A stretch of DNA of 52,880 nucleotides from an uncultured Gammaproteobacteria bacterium (GCA_964636345.1 CAZWRL010000002.1:1-52880), one strand, 5' to 3'; shown: positions 12,219-22,617, counted from the stretch's first letter. The notes: generated by a model not told the origin, from the letters alone. Translations and numbers: made by a program.

Positions 12219-12635
12219 ATGCCACTGCATCTCACCATGCTCACGCCCGAACGTGTTGTCTATGATGCTGACATTTTAGAAATGACCGTTCCCACTGCCA
12301 TGGGCGAGATTGGCATACTGCCAAATCATCTGCCGCTGGTCTCACTTTTGAAACCGGGTGAGCTGCGCGTAAAAAAAGATGGAACGGAAATTCAGCTTGC
12401 CATTACCGGCGGATTTATTGAGGTAAAACCAGGAAACCAGATACAACTGCTCGTCGATGCCGCTGAACGTGTTGAAGAAATTGATGTTGAACGCGCGGAA
12501 CAAGCGCGCGCGAGAGCCGAAGAGTATCTGCGTGAAAAGAAATTCCAAAATGATGTTGAATACACGGCACTGCAAGCGCAACTGGAACGCGCGCTGGCCC
12601 GCATTCGCATAGCCAAGAAATACCGACGTTCTTAA
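12219..12635 (+). CDS. atpC: F0F1 ATP synthase subunit epsilon
   Basis: 138 aa; beta-sandwich N-terminus (GEIGILPNHLPLVSLLKPGELRV) plus a helical C-terminus; last gene of the operon. Confidence 0.9.
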   Translation: MPLHLTMLTPERVVYDADILEMTVPTAMGEIGILPNHLPLVSLLKPGELRVKKDGTEIQLAITGGFIEVKPGNQIQLLVDAAERVEEIDVERAEQARARAEEYLREKKFQNDVEYTALQAQLERALARIRIAKKYRRS

Positions 12636-12738
12636 AAGGTGCGCTCATGTCCATTCGACTTATCCACTTTTCATTTACCATACTCCATTGCAGAGAGTAC
12701 AATTAAATTACAGATTCTGGCGCCCTGGTCAGGCGCCG

Positions 12739-12790
12739 CGCGGCTCTTGTAGGTCCCCACAACCTGCAAAAGCCGCGCTTCTTTTTTTAT
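12739..12790 (+). terminator. Rho-independent terminator of the atp operon
   Basis: GCGCGGCT (12739-12746) pairs with AGCCGCGC (12772-12779) around an extended inner stem, followed by TTCTTTTTTTATTT. Confidence 0.8.
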
Positions 12791-12815
12791 TTAATCTACG
12801 ATACAATAGCATCCC

Positions 12816-15788
12816 ATGAATGAAAACACACGCGCAAATCTTAATAAAGAACAGCAGGTGGCCGTAGAGCACGGAACGGGCGCATTGCTCATTATTGCCG
12901 GCGCTGGCACCGGAAAAACCACGGTGATTACGCGGCGCATCGCGTATCTTGTTGAAACGAATGCCGCCAAGCCGGAAGAAATTGTCGCGCTTACATTCAC
13001 GGAAAAAGCAGCGCGCGAAATGAGCGATCGCGTTGATGCGCTCATCGGGCCGAACGAGGCAGCAATCACCATCAGCACGTTCCATGCGTTTTGCCAACAA
13101 ATACTTGAACGCTACGGTCTTGATATTGGACTTCCGGTGCCGTTTAGACTGATAACGCCGGCGGTGGCATGGCAACTCGTCAAAAAAAATTTCAATCGTT
13201 TTTCACTCAATTATTACCGTCCCCTCGCGTCACCAACACGCTTTATTCAAGCGCTTATCCAACATTTTGCGCGTTGCAAAGACGAATTAATTTTGCCCGA
13301 GGCCTATCTTCAATACGCCGACCAAGAACAGGGCGACACGGATCTTGCTGAATTTGCTCGGGCACGGGTAAAAACCACCGATGAACGCATTCTTAATATA
13401 GCGAAAACGCGTGAAATCGCCGACGCGTACCACACCTACACGCAACTGTTGCTTGAAAATCACGCGCTTGATTTTGGCGACCTTTTGCTCTACACGCATA
13501 CCCTGCTTGATACACGTCCGGCCATCGTTCGCGCGCTTCAAAATCAATATCGTTACTTTATGGTAGATGAATTTCAAGATACCAACTGGGCGCAGTACCA
13601 ATTACTCAAAAAATTGCTCGGAACCGGCAATAATCTTGCGGTCGTGGGGGATGATGATCAATCAATTTATAAATGGCGCGGCGCTTCCATCAGCAATATT
13701 CTTCAATTTACCAAAGATTTTCCGAATGCAAAAACGGTGGTACTCTCGGAAAACTATCGCTCGCGGCAGATTATTCTTGATGCGGCTTACGAATTGATTC
13801 AACACAACAATCCACATCGTCTTGAGGTGCGGCAGGGGATTTCCAAGCGTCTGAACGCGACCGCGCATGGTGATGGCACCGTTCGCCATCTGGTCGCCGC
13901 AACCGGTGACGACGAAACGCGCGCGGTCACTACTGCCATCCGCGATTTCGCGCAGGCGGGAACCCCGTTTGGCGAAATCGCAATTCTCGCGCGCGCCAAT
14001 GCCCATCTGGAACCGTTTGTCCAATCACTGTATCGCGCCGGCATACCATATCAATACCAAGCGGCAACGGGTCTCTTCAGAAAACCGATGGTTATTGATT
14101 GCCTTGCCATACTCCGGTTACTGGCGAGCACACTGGATCATCGCGCCCTGCATCGCGTACTTCAATTGCCCCCGTATGTATTGAATCACGAGGATCAAAC
14201 CGCTCTCTGGTGGCTGGAACGAAAACGCGGTTGTTTTCCCTTTGAAACGCTCAATCTCGCGCTCGGCGGAGCCGCCAAACTATCAGACGACGGCCGCGTA
14301 CGAATAACTCAATTTTTACACACCCTCGGAAACGTCACCGCGCAAGCGCACCAAAAAAATGTGGGCGTGCTCCTTCTTTCGTTTCTTGAACAATCAGGTT
14401 ACCTTGCCGACCTGGCCGGGCGCTCTAACAAAAACGACAACACCGCAACTGACGCACTCATTCATCTTCGAGCGTTTTTTGATGTGATTGAAGCGTTTGA
14501 CAAGGAAAACGCGGGCGCGGGCGCCACAGATTTCCTTGAATACATGACGGATATGCTTGACGCGGGTGATGAGGGCGCCGCTCCGGCGGGCATCACTGAA
14601 AAAGAAAACGCCGTCCAGCTTTCAACCATTCATGGGGCGAAGGGTCTGGAGTTTCAACACGTATTTGTGGTGAATGTGGTAGAACGCCGTTTTCCCACGG
14701 ATGCGCGCAGTGATTTGATTTCAATTCCCGACGCGCTGGTATCTGAAATGATTCCGGAAGGGGATCATCATCTTGAAGAGGAGCGCCGATTGCTTTACGT
14801 GGCAATGACGCGCGCGCGGGAGTCGCTTACCTTAACAAGCGCGCAGAGTTATGGTGGCGCGCGCGACAAAAAACCGTCGCGTTTTTTATCTGAATTTTCT
14901 ATGCCGAAAACACAAACGGTCACACCGCAAACTACGCTACCCACGCTGAAGAACACGGAGGTTTTGCACACGGAAACCGCGCTCCCGCTTCCCAATCAGT
15001 ACAGTTTTTCGCAACTTAAATCCTACGAAACCTGTCCGTTGCAATATAAATTTGCGCACATTCTTCGTGTGCCTACGTTTGGTAAGGGGCTTTTTACGTT
15101 CGGACAAACCATGCATCGCACCCTACAACTTTTTTATGAGCGTCTGCGCCAGTTAAACCAAAGCCAACAAACGGATCTTTTCGGTTCAGCCATACCCGCT
15201 GAAGAAAAAACAGGCATCCACGTGCCTACCGAAGAGGATTTGCTGACGATCTATCGCGAGACGTGGCGCGATGAATGGTACGCGGATGATAACGAACGGA
15301 AACGGTATTACGAAGAGGGAATACAGATGCTCGCACGTTTCTATCAACAAAATACAGCCGCCGGATGGTCTATACCCGCATTTCTTGAAAAAGATTTTAT
15401 GGTTCGCGTCGGCGCCCACACCATACACGGTAGAATTGATCGCATTGACACCACACCTGACGGCGGCATCGTTATTATTGATTACAAAACGGGCAAACCA
15501 AAAACCACGCTTGACACCGACGAAAAAGATCAACTGTTTTTGTATCAAATAGCCGCGCAAGAAATTCCTTTTTTCAAGACACCCGGGCGGGTTGTTGAAT
15601 TGACTTTTTATTATCTTGCCGACGGCACTCGGCAATCCTTTCTGGGAGCGCCTGTTGACCTCGCGCGCTATAAAGAAAAAATATTGACTACCATTGCGCG
15701 CATTGAAACACGCGACTTTACCGCTGACCCTAACCCTTTCAAATGCCGCTCCTGCGATTTTCGTGATATCTGCGAATTTAGACAGTAG
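12816..15788 (+). CDS. UvrD/PcrA-type superfamily 1 helicase fused to a C-terminal PD-(D/E)XK (Cas4/AddB-like) nuclease with a Cys cluster
   Basis: Walker A AGAGTGKT, DEFQDTN, and the VGDDDQSIYKWRGA helicase motifs. The C-terminus has YETCPLQYKF, IDRID...IIDYKTGK, QLFLYQ and CRSCDFRDIC. Confidence 0.88.
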   Translation: MNENTRANLNKEQQVAVEHGTGALLIIAGAGTGKTTVITRRIAYLVETNAAKPEEIVALTFTEKAAREMSDRVDALIGPNEAAITISTFHAFCQQILERYGLDIGLPVPFRLITPAVAWQLVKKNFNRFSLNYYRPLASPTRFIQALIQHFARCKDELILPEAYLQYADQEQGDTDLAEFARARVKTTDERILNIAKTREIADAYHTYTQLLLENHALDFGDLLLYTHTLLDTRPAIVRALQNQYRYFMVDEFQDTNWAQYQLLKKLLGTGNNLAVVGDDDQSIYKWRGASISNILQFTKDFPNAKTVVLSENYRSRQIILDAAYELIQHNNPHRLEVRQGISKRLNATAHGDGTVRHLVAATGDDETRAVTTAIRDFAQAGTPFGEIAILARANAHLEPFVQSLYRAGIPYQYQAATGLFRKPMVIDCLAILRLLASTLDHRALHRVLQLPPYVLNHEDQTALWWLERKRGCFPFETLNLALGGAAKLSDDGRVRITQFLHTLGNVTAQAHQKNVGVLLLSFLEQSGYLADLAGRSNKNDNTATDALIHLRAFFDVIEAFDKENAGAGATDFLEYMTDMLDAGDEGAAPAGITEKENAVQLSTIHGAKGLEFQHVFVVNVVERRFPTDARSDLISIPDALVSEMIPEGDHHLEEERRLLYVAMTRARESLTLTSAQSYGGARDKKPSRFLSEFSMPKTQTVTPQTTLPTLKNTEVLHTETALPLPNQYSFSQLKSYETCPLQYKFAHILRVPTFGKGLFTFGQTMHRTLQLFYERLRQLNQSQQTDLFGSAIPAEEKTGIHVPTEEDLLTIYRETWRDEWYADDNERKRYYEEGIQMLARFYQQNTAAGWSIPAFLEKDFMVRVGAHTIHGRIDRIDTTPDGGIVIIDYKTGKPKTTLDTDEKDQLFLYQIAAQEIPFFKTPGRVVELTFYYLADGTRQSFLGAPVDLARYKEKILTTIARIETRDFTADPNPFKCRSCDFRDICEFRQ

Positions 15789-15816
15789 TTCGCTCGCATG
15801 ATACAATCAAAAGTAA

Positions 15817-16107
15817 ATGGAAAAGCTTCATCATCTCATCACCCAATCCGTGCGTCGTTCCGGCGTCGAACCGTCGGTTGAGGCAGCCAAAATTGTTGGG
15901 GAGGCGACCACGACCCTTGCCTCCCTTTTTGGCGCCGATCTTGCGTCCCACATGAAACCGCTCTATATAAAAAATCGTACGCTGACCGTGAGCTGTACCA
16001 GTTCAACAGTCGCGCAAGAACTTAAACTCCGCGAAACTGAAATTCTTGACAAACTCAATCTAAAACTCGCCGGACGATTGGTGGATCGTATCCGCTATTT
16101 TTCCTAG
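15817..16107 (+). CDS. dciA: DUF721/DciA-family protein (candidate replicative-helicase loader)
   Basis: 96 aa. The pattern LTVSCTSSTVAQELKLRETEILDKLN...VDRIRY is typical of DUF721. Confidence 0.65.
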   Translation: MEKLHHLITQSVRRSGVEPSVEAAKIVGEATTTLASLFGADLASHMKPLYIKNRTLTVSCTSSTVAQELKLRETEILDKLNLKLAGRLVDRIRYFS

Positions 16108-16117
16108 CACGCTTTCT

Positions 16118-16504
16118 ATGAGCCTCCGTTTGTACCTCACCGCCATGTCACTCGGCACACTCCTCTGTGTTACGGCATGGGTGCAGATTATCCGTACGTC
16201 GGATCCGCATACCGCGCCGTGGTTTATTTTTTCCTTTTTCTATGCTACGCTTTTCCTTGCGCTGGTTGGCGGTTTCTCGTTGGTTGGATTTGTCTGGCGC
16301 ATTTGGCGTAAACGTGAAGCAATGATACTGTTCCGCCACGTGCGTAAAACGTTTCGTCAAGGTGTACTCTTTGCCATTCTCGTTACGAGTGCGCTCTATC
16401 TCAAATCGCACACATGGCTCACCTGGTGGAGCGCTGTCATACTTATTCTGGCGCTGGTTCTCATTGAATCTATCATCATCACTAAAACTAAACCGGCACA
16501 CTAA
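16118..16504 (+). CDS. hypothetical membrane protein (4 predicted transmembrane segments)
   Basis: 128-aa hydrophobic ORF tightly packed between dciA and proS; no recognisable family. Confidence 0.5.
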   Translation: MSLRLYLTAMSLGTLLCVTAWVQIIRTSDPHTAPWFIFSFFYATLFLALVGGFSLVGFVWRIWRKREAMILFRHVRKTFRQGVLFAILVTSALYLKSHTWLTWWSAVILILALVLIESIIITKTKPAH

Positions 16505-16507
16505 TCT

Positions 16508-17740
16508 ATGCGTCAATCAACCTTGTTTGGCAGTACGAGAAAAAAAGCTCCCAAAGATGAGGTGAGCGTGAATGCGGAGCTCCTTATACGCGCCGGCTTT
16601 ATTGATAAAGTTTCTGCCGGTATATATACCTATCTGCCGCTTGGTCTTCGAGTGCTCACGGCTATCCAAAATATCATTCGCAAAGAAATGAATGATCTTG
16701 GCGCGATGGAAATTCGTATGCCCGCGCTCCACCCTAAGGAGCCGTGGGAAAAAACGGGACGTTGGAGTAAACCGGGAAAAGAGGTCATGTTTCAATTTAA
16801 AGGACATGGCGACCGCGCATACGGACTTGGGTGGACGCACGAGGAAATAGTGACACCCCTCGTTAAGCAATATGTGAATTCCTACCGCGATCTGCCATTC
16901 GCGGTGTATCAAATACAGGACAAATTTCGCGATGAACCGCGCGCAAAATCCGGCTTATTGCGCGGACGCGAATTCAACATGAAAGATCTCTACAGCTTTC
17001 ACGCCGATGAAGAAGACCTGGAGCGCTATTATGAAAAAGTTATGCAGGCGTATGGACTGGCGTTTGATCGTTGCGGACTTGTTGCGCTCGTGACCGAAGC
17101 GTCCGGTGGCGCCTTCTCACCGCGCTCGCATGAATATCAGGTTGTCACACCCCATGGAGAAGATCTTATTTTTTCATGCCATCACTGCAATAAACATCAA
17201 AATAAAGAGATTGTCACTGATACACACTGCCCCGAATGTGGTACCGAGCGTGAGGAACAAAAGGCAATTGAAGTGGGAAATATTTTTAAACTGGGCACGC
17301 GATTCAGCGAAGCATTTCATGCGACGTACCAAGATCGCGAAGGCAAAGAACAGTTAGTTCTGATGGGTTGCTATGGTATGGGGCCTAGCCGCATCATGGG
17401 CGCCATTGCGGAAGTGTATCACGATGATACGGGACTCATGTGGCCTGTGTCAGTTGCGCCGTTCACCGTTCATCTCTTGCAACTGGGCACGGACGACGCG
17501 GTCAAAAAACAAGCCGAAGAATGGTATGGTGCGCTTACCGGTGCCGGTATTGCGGTGCTGTTTGATGAGCGTGATCTCTCGGCCGGAGAAAAATTTGCCG
17601 ACAGCGACCTGATTGGTATACCGTATAGATTAGTCATCAGCAAAAAAACAGGGGAGGGGGCAGAATTAAAATTACGCACCTCTCCGGATATGCAGGTTAT
17701 AACACGCACGGAGGGGCTGAAACGTCTCTCCCATGTTTGA
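16508..17740 (+). CDS. proS: prolyl-tRNA synthetase, short bacterial type lacking the INS editing domain
   Basis: N-terminus STLFGSTRKKAPKDEVSVNAELLIRAGFI, class II motifs (FRDEPRAKSGLLRGREF; GCYGMGPSR) and an anticodon-binding C-terminus. A CHHC...CPEC mini-insert replaces INS. Confidence 0.92.
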   Translation: MRQSTLFGSTRKKAPKDEVSVNAELLIRAGFIDKVSAGIYTYLPLGLRVLTAIQNIIRKEMNDLGAMEIRMPALHPKEPWEKTGRWSKPGKEVMFQFKGHGDRAYGLGWTHEEIVTPLVKQYVNSYRDLPFAVYQIQDKFRDEPRAKSGLLRGREFNMKDLYSFHADEEDLERYYEKVMQAYGLAFDRCGLVALVTEASGGAFSPRSHEYQVVTPHGEDLIFSCHHCNKHQNKEIVTDTHCPECGTEREEQKAIEVGNIFKLGTRFSEAFHATYQDREGKEQLVLMGCYGMGPSRIMGAIAEVYHDDTGLMWPVSVAPFTVHLLQLGTDDAVKKQAEEWYGALTGAGIAVLFDERDLSAGEKFADSDLIGIPYRLVISKKTGEGAELKLRTSPDMQVITRTEGLKRLSHV

Positions 17741-18779
17741 TAAATTTTTTGGTAAGTTCAGCAAAGATATCGGCGTTGATCTTGGCACCGTAAACACCCT
17801 TGTATATGTGAAAGACAAGGGGATTGTTATTAATGAGCCAAGTGTTGTGGCCATTAATGTACGCACCGAGCAGATTCTTTCCGTGGGAAAAGAAGCGCGT
17901 GAAATGGTGGGGAAAACACCGGCGCACATTAGTATCAGTCGGCCGCTCTCGCATGGCATTATCGCGGATTTTGAGGTAACGGAAAAAATGCTCCGTTACT
18001 TTATTGATAAAGTTCACGAGGAAAGTTTTACGTTTGTTCCGCGCCCGCGCGTCGTCATCGGCGCGCCGCTTGAAATTACGGAGGTGGAACGCAAAGCCAT
18101 TGAAGATGCCACGTTGGCCGCTGGCGGACGCGAAGTATTTATTGTTGAAAGTCCCATGGCTGCCGCGATTGGCGCGCGCATGCCCATTGAAGAAGCCGTG
18201 GGAAATTTCATTGTTGATATTGGCGGCGGCACCACGGAAATCGCTACGGTCTCACTCGGCGGCGTGGTTACCTGGAAATCAATCCAGATTGCCGGTGAAG
18301 AAATGAACAAAAATATTATTCATTACGCGCGTGATGTTTTTAATGTCCTCATTGGTGAACGTCACGCAGAGAAAATAAAAATACAAGCTGGATCCGCGCT
18401 TCCGCCCAAGGAACCGATCACCTATGCCATGCGCGGTCGCGATCTTATCACCGGCCTGCCGAAAGAGGTGCCCATTACTGATGGAGAAATTCGCGAAGCC
18501 CTCGCGCGCTCTATGAACACGATTATTGAAAGCATCAAAGCCACTCTTGAAATGACGCCACCGGAACTCATCGTTGATATTCATGAACGTGGCATGCTGT
18601 TAACCGGCGGGGGAGCGCTCCTTCGTGGTATTGATCGTGTGATCGCGCAAGCGACGGGTATTCCCGTGCGTATCGCCGATGATCCATTAAGTTGTGTCGT
18701 TATTGGCATGGGTATTCTTTTGGATAATGCAAACCTCCTCCACGAAGTAGCCGTTCCTTCATCACGAGAACGTGAATAG
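17733..18779 (+). CDS. mreB: rod shape-determining protein MreB
   Basis: DIGVDLGTVNTLVYV, DIGGGTTEIA and LTGGGALLRGID actin-fold motifs. Confidence 0.95.
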   Translation: MFDKFFGKFSKDIGVDLGTVNTLVYVKDKGIVINEPSVVAINVRTEQILSVGKEAREMVGKTPAHISISRPLSHGIIADFEVTEKMLRYFIDKVHEESFTFVPRPRVVIGAPLEITEVERKAIEDATLAAGGREVFIVESPMAAAIGARMPIEEAVGNFIVDIGGGTTEIATVSLGGVVTWKSIQIAGEEMNKNIIHYARDVFNVLIGERHAEKIKIQAGSALPPKEPITYAMRGRDLITGLPKEVPITDGEIREALARSMNTIIESIKATLEMTPPELIVDIHERGMLLTGGGALLRGIDRVIAQATGIPVRIADDPLSCVVIGMGILLDNANLLHEVAVPSSRERE

Positions 18780-18801
18780 AGGTTGTCGCCGAATAACGCA
18801 T

Positions 18802-19605
18802 ATGCTCAAAACCTTCACGCGCAAGCATCTCGTCGCATCTGTTTTTATACTCCTACTTCTCCTCGTTGGACATTACACCCGTTTTCTTGAACCACTTGAA
18901 CAGAGTATTATTTGGATAACGAATCCTCTCATACGAGGTGTCGCGAGTATCAGTTCACCTATCCGAACCGCAATCGGTTATTTCGCAAACAAAAATAACC
19001 TGCTCACACACATTCAGGAATTGGAGGAAACATTGAAACAACGGGAAACCGCGTTGGGTGAACAAACGATCCTGGTAGAAGAAAATAATGCCTTGCGTAA
19101 AAAACTGCTGTTTACCAAGCGAACCGGACGCATCCCTCTCATCAGTTATGTGGTGGGAAAAACGATTGATAACACAGGAAACACGCTGATTATTGATAAG
19201 GGCGCTCGCGATGGCGTGCAAGAGGAGAGCGCGGTGATTGTCGGCGATGGTATACTCGTCGGCAAAATTGCTAAAGTCAACCCGAAGACCGCTATCGTGC
19301 GCCTGATAAATGACCCGCACAGTAAAATTGCCGCCACTGTATTGAATAGTGATAAAAGTATTGGTCTTGTCGAAGGTGGTTTTGGTATTAGTGTGAAACT
19401 CACCACGGTTCTTCAGACCGAAGTGCTCAAGAAAGGTGATTTGATTATTACGTCTGGTCTTGAAGAGACCGTGCCACGCGGTTTATTGATTGGCCATATC
19501 ACCAGGGTTGAAAAAGAAGATTATGGTCCCTTTCAAGAGGGAATCATTCAGCCGGCTGATTCACTGGCGCGCCTCACATTGGTCGGAGTACTGCCACCAG
19601 AATAA
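18802..19605 (+). CDS. mreC: rod shape-determining protein MreC
   Basis: N-terminal transmembrane helix, coiled coil, and conserved GDLIITSGLEETVPRGLLIGHI. The ATG at 18802 follows the mreB stop; the ORF is open from 18772. Confidence 0.85.
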   Translation: MLKTFTRKHLVASVFILLLLLVGHYTRFLEPLEQSIIWITNPLIRGVASISSPIRTAIGYFANKNNLLTHIQELEETLKQRETALGEQTILVEENNALRKKLLFTKRTGRIPLISYVVGKTIDNTGNTLIIDKGARDGVQEESAVIVGDGILVGKIAKVNPKTAIVRLINDPHSKIAATVLNSDKSIGLVEGGFGISVKLTTVLQTEVLKKGDLIITSGLEETVPRGLLIGHITRVEKEDYGPFQEGIIQPADSLARLTLVGVLPPE

Positions 19606-19606
19606 T

Positions 19607-20128
19607 ATGCGTCTTTTCCTTGCCATGCTTGCCGTTGTGGCGATCACGGCGCTTCATATCGCGCTTGCCACAACGCTTCCGTGGCCTTTTTCTACGATGA
19701 ATATTACCATGATAGCGTTGGTCTATTTTTTGCTTTCCAGGCACGTTTCACTGGCGATTACCACTGCATTCTGTATGGGTATCATCATGGAACTCTACGC
19801 GCTCACTCCCTTCGGCGTACTCATCACATCGCTCATGATTGCGCTCATCGTAGGAAGCGTTATTGCGTCCTATCTCGTGACGACCATTTCACCGCTCGGT
19901 ATGATTGCCGTAACGTTTGCCATGGTCGCGACCTACCGCATTTGTTTTTTGGTATTAGTTGGCATCATGGCGTTTTCAGGAAAACAAATAGCCGTCTCCG
20001 TACAGCAAGCGTTTGAAATAATCGCAACCGAAGGAGTAACGACAACCGCGCTCGTCACGCTCCTCGTGGGTGTGGCAACCGTTCTCCGTCACAAAACCCG
20101 CGCGCGGCTTTCCACAAGATCACTATGA
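19607..20128 (+). CDS. mreD: MreD-like membrane protein
   Basis: 173-aa polytopic hydrophobic protein between mreC and PBP2. The ATG at 19607 lies immediately after the mreC stop. Confidence 0.6.
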   Translation: MRLFLAMLAVVAITALHIALATTLPWPFSTMNITMIALVYFLLSRHVSLAITTAFCMGIIMELYALTPFGVLITSLMIALIVGSVIASYLVTTISPLGMIAVTFAMVATYRICFLVLVGIMAFSGKQIAVSVQQAFEIIATEGVTTTALVTLLVGVATVLRHKTRARLSTRSL

Positions 20129-22098
20129 TTGCCGCCTACCTTCGTAAATTATTTCATCGCGACCCTCGGGCGCCGAGCGTCTATGGCGTTCTACGGTACC
20201 GCTGGGTTGAAGAGTCATTTTCGGCAACACAGCCACTCCGGAATCAACGGCCGCTTCCGGGAAGTGCGTTGTTTATGGGCAATGCCATGGTGGAAGGGAC
20301 GATACGATTGATGCGCGGCGCACTCCTCGTGATGATACTCGTCATGATGGGACGCATCATCTATCTGCAGGGTGTGCGAGGAAACTATTTTTTTGAAACC
20401 GCGGAAGATAATCGCATTCGTATTCATGTGATTCCGGCAAAACGAGGAAGTATTTTTGATCGTCAAAATCGACCACTCGTGACCAACACCACCAGCTTCG
20501 CGCTTGTCATTGTTCCGCAAGATCTTCCACGCGATCCTCGCGAACGCACCCATGTCTTGCAAAAAACGGCAGCGCTAACGGCGCTCCGCGAGGAAGACCT
20601 GACGTCCATTTTGGAAGAATATAAAAAATATTCTTTTGAAGCCATTACGGTACGTGAAGGTATTCCCTATGAAACAGCGCTCACGGTGCAGGTGAAAAGC
20701 GCTGACTTACCGGGTATTCGCGTTGAAAGTGGCAGTGATCGTCGCTATACCAACGTGTATGGCGCGGTAACGACATCAACACCGCAAAGTTTATCGCATC
20801 TGATTGGCTATGTGGGTAAATTAAGCAAAAAAGAACTGGAAGAAAAATACATGCTTGGGTACACGCCATTAGATCGCATAGGAAAAATTGGTATTGAAGC
20901 GCAGTATGAGGATTTCCTGCGCGGAAATTACGGCAAAAAAAAGGTAGAGGTTGATGTCAGCGGAAGAGAGCAACTGGTGCTCGCGGAAATTGCGCCTACC
21001 GCTGGTCGTCATGTCGTGCTTGGTATTAATAGCGAGTGGCAAAAACACCTTGAAGACGCCTTAAAACGCGCGCTCCGCGCGGCAAACGCCAAACGCGGAA
21101 GCGCCATCGCCCTGGATCCGCAAACCGGTACGATACGAGCGTTCGTCAGTCTCCCCACGTACGATAATAACGATTTCATCGGCGGCATCAGCGCGGAAAA
21201 ATATCAGGAATTGGTGCAGGATTCCAACCAGCCACTCTTTAATCGTGCGCTCTCCGGGCAGTATCCTTCAGGTTCAACCATAAAACCAATGCTTGCTACC
21301 GCGGCGCTTGAAGAAAGCATCATCACCAGAGCAACAACCGTTCTTTCAACCGGAGGATTGGAAGTTGGACAGTGGTTTTTCCCTGATTGGAAAGCAGGCG
21401 GCCACGGCGCAACCACGATCGTTAAAGCCCTTGCTGAATCTGTCAACACATTCTTTTACATTATTGGTGGCGGGTATCGCGACACGAAAGGATTGGGTGT
21501 TGAAAAAATAACCACCTATCTTCATTTCTTTGGTTTTGGCGATCGTCTCGGTATTGATCTGCCTGGTGAAGCAACGGGCTTTATACCATCACCCACATGG
21601 AAAGAACAAGCAAAACATGAGCAATGGTACATTGGCGATACATATAATATTTCCATTGGACAAGGCGACCTCCTCGTTACACCACTTCAAATCGCGGTAG
21701 CAACCGCCGCCATCGCTAACGGTGGCACTCTGTACCGTCCGCATCTTGTTGAACGAATTATTGATCCCGTCAGTGGAGAAGTGCAACCCGTAGAACCGCA
21801 GATAATTCGTGAACTACCCATTAAAAAAGAACATCTCGCGCTTGCGCGAGCGGGTATGCGCGCGTGTGTGCAAACCGGCAGTTGTCGCGCACTCGCGGTG
21901 TTGCCGATATCGGTTGCTGGCAAAACGGGAACTGCCCAATGGTCACGAGAAAAAAATACCCACGCGTGGTTTACTGGTTTTGCGCCCCACGATGATCCCC
22001 GTTTTGTTATTACCATTATGATTGAAGAGGGAGGAGAGGGCAGTAAAACAGCACTACCGGTCGCGGCAGAATTCCTCCGTATCGTGGCTAAAGAATAA
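20125..22098 (+). CDS. mrdA: penicillin-binding protein 2 (elongasome transpeptidase)
   Basis: SGSTIKP (SxxK), SVN and KTGTAQ motifs, with a PBP dimerisation domain upstream. Confidence 0.9.
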   Translation: MIAAYLRKLFHRDPRAPSVYGVLRYRWVEESFSATQPLRNQRPLPGSALFMGNAMVEGTIRLMRGALLVMILVMMGRIIYLQGVRGNYFFETAEDNRIRIHVIPAKRGSIFDRQNRPLVTNTTSFALVIVPQDLPRDPRERTHVLQKTAALTALREEDLTSILEEYKKYSFEAITVREGIPYETALTVQVKSADLPGIRVESGSDRRYTNVYGAVTTSTPQSLSHLIGYVGKLSKKELEEKYMLGYTPLDRIGKIGIEAQYEDFLRGNYGKKKVEVDVSGREQLVLAEIAPTAGRHVVLGINSEWQKHLEDALKRALRAANAKRGSAIALDPQTGTIRAFVSLPTYDNNDFIGGISAEKYQELVQDSNQPLFNRALSGQYPSGSTIKPMLATAALEESIITRATTVLSTGGLEVGQWFFPDWKAGGHGATTIVKALAESVNTFFYIIGGGYRDTKGLGVEKITTYLHFFGFGDRLGIDLPGEATGFIPSPTWKEQAKHEQWYIGDTYNISIGQGDLLVTPLQIAVATAAIANGGTLYRPHLVERIIDPVSGEVQPVEPQIIRELPIKKEHLALARAGMRACVQTGSCRALAVLPISVAGKTGTAQWSREKNTHAWFTGFAPHDDPRFVITIMIEEGGEGSKTALPVAAEFLRIVAKE

Positions 22099-22157
22099 CA
22101 CTAGGCAACGCTATCCACCCATGCTACACTAGCGTACATAACCACCATTTATTTTTT

Positions 22158-22616
22158 ATGCAAAATCCAACGTATCTCACCCCCGCAGGACTCGAAAAAC
22201 TCAATCAAGAATACAAAAAATTAAAAACAGAAACCATCCCGGATATCGCCGCACGCATTGACGAGGCGCGCCAACTGGGAGATCTGTCAGAAAATGCGGA
22301 ATACCACAGCGCTAAAGAAGAAATGTCGTGGGCGCAGACACGCCTTATCGCACTGGAAGAAGCGCTCCACGAAACACGCATCATTCAAAAGGCCCACGAT
22401 GAAACCATCGTCATCGGTTCAACGATTATCGTGGAAACAGACGGTAAAGAAAAGCAATATACCATCGTCGGTCCGAATGAAGTTGATCCAAAACAAGGCA
22501 AAATTTCCAACGAATCTCCCATCGGAAAAGCATTCATCGGCCATCACGTCGGTGAAACCGTCACCATTGCCGTGCCTGACGGAGAGCGGCAGTACACGAT
22601 AAAACGTGTCGTGTAA
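22158..22616 (+). CDS. greA: transcription elongation factor GreA
   Basis: LTPAGLEKLNQEYKKLK...GDLSENAEYHSAKEE coiled-coil finger, and a C-terminal SNESPIGKAFIGHHVGE. Confidence 0.93.
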   Translation: MQNPTYLTPAGLEKLNQEYKKLKTETIPDIAARIDEARQLGDLSENAEYHSAKEEMSWAQTRLIALEEALHETRIIQKAHDETIVIGSTIIVETDGKEKQYTIVGPNEVDPKQGKISNESPIGKAFIGHHVGETVTIAVPDGERQYTIKRVV

Positions 22617-22617
22617 A

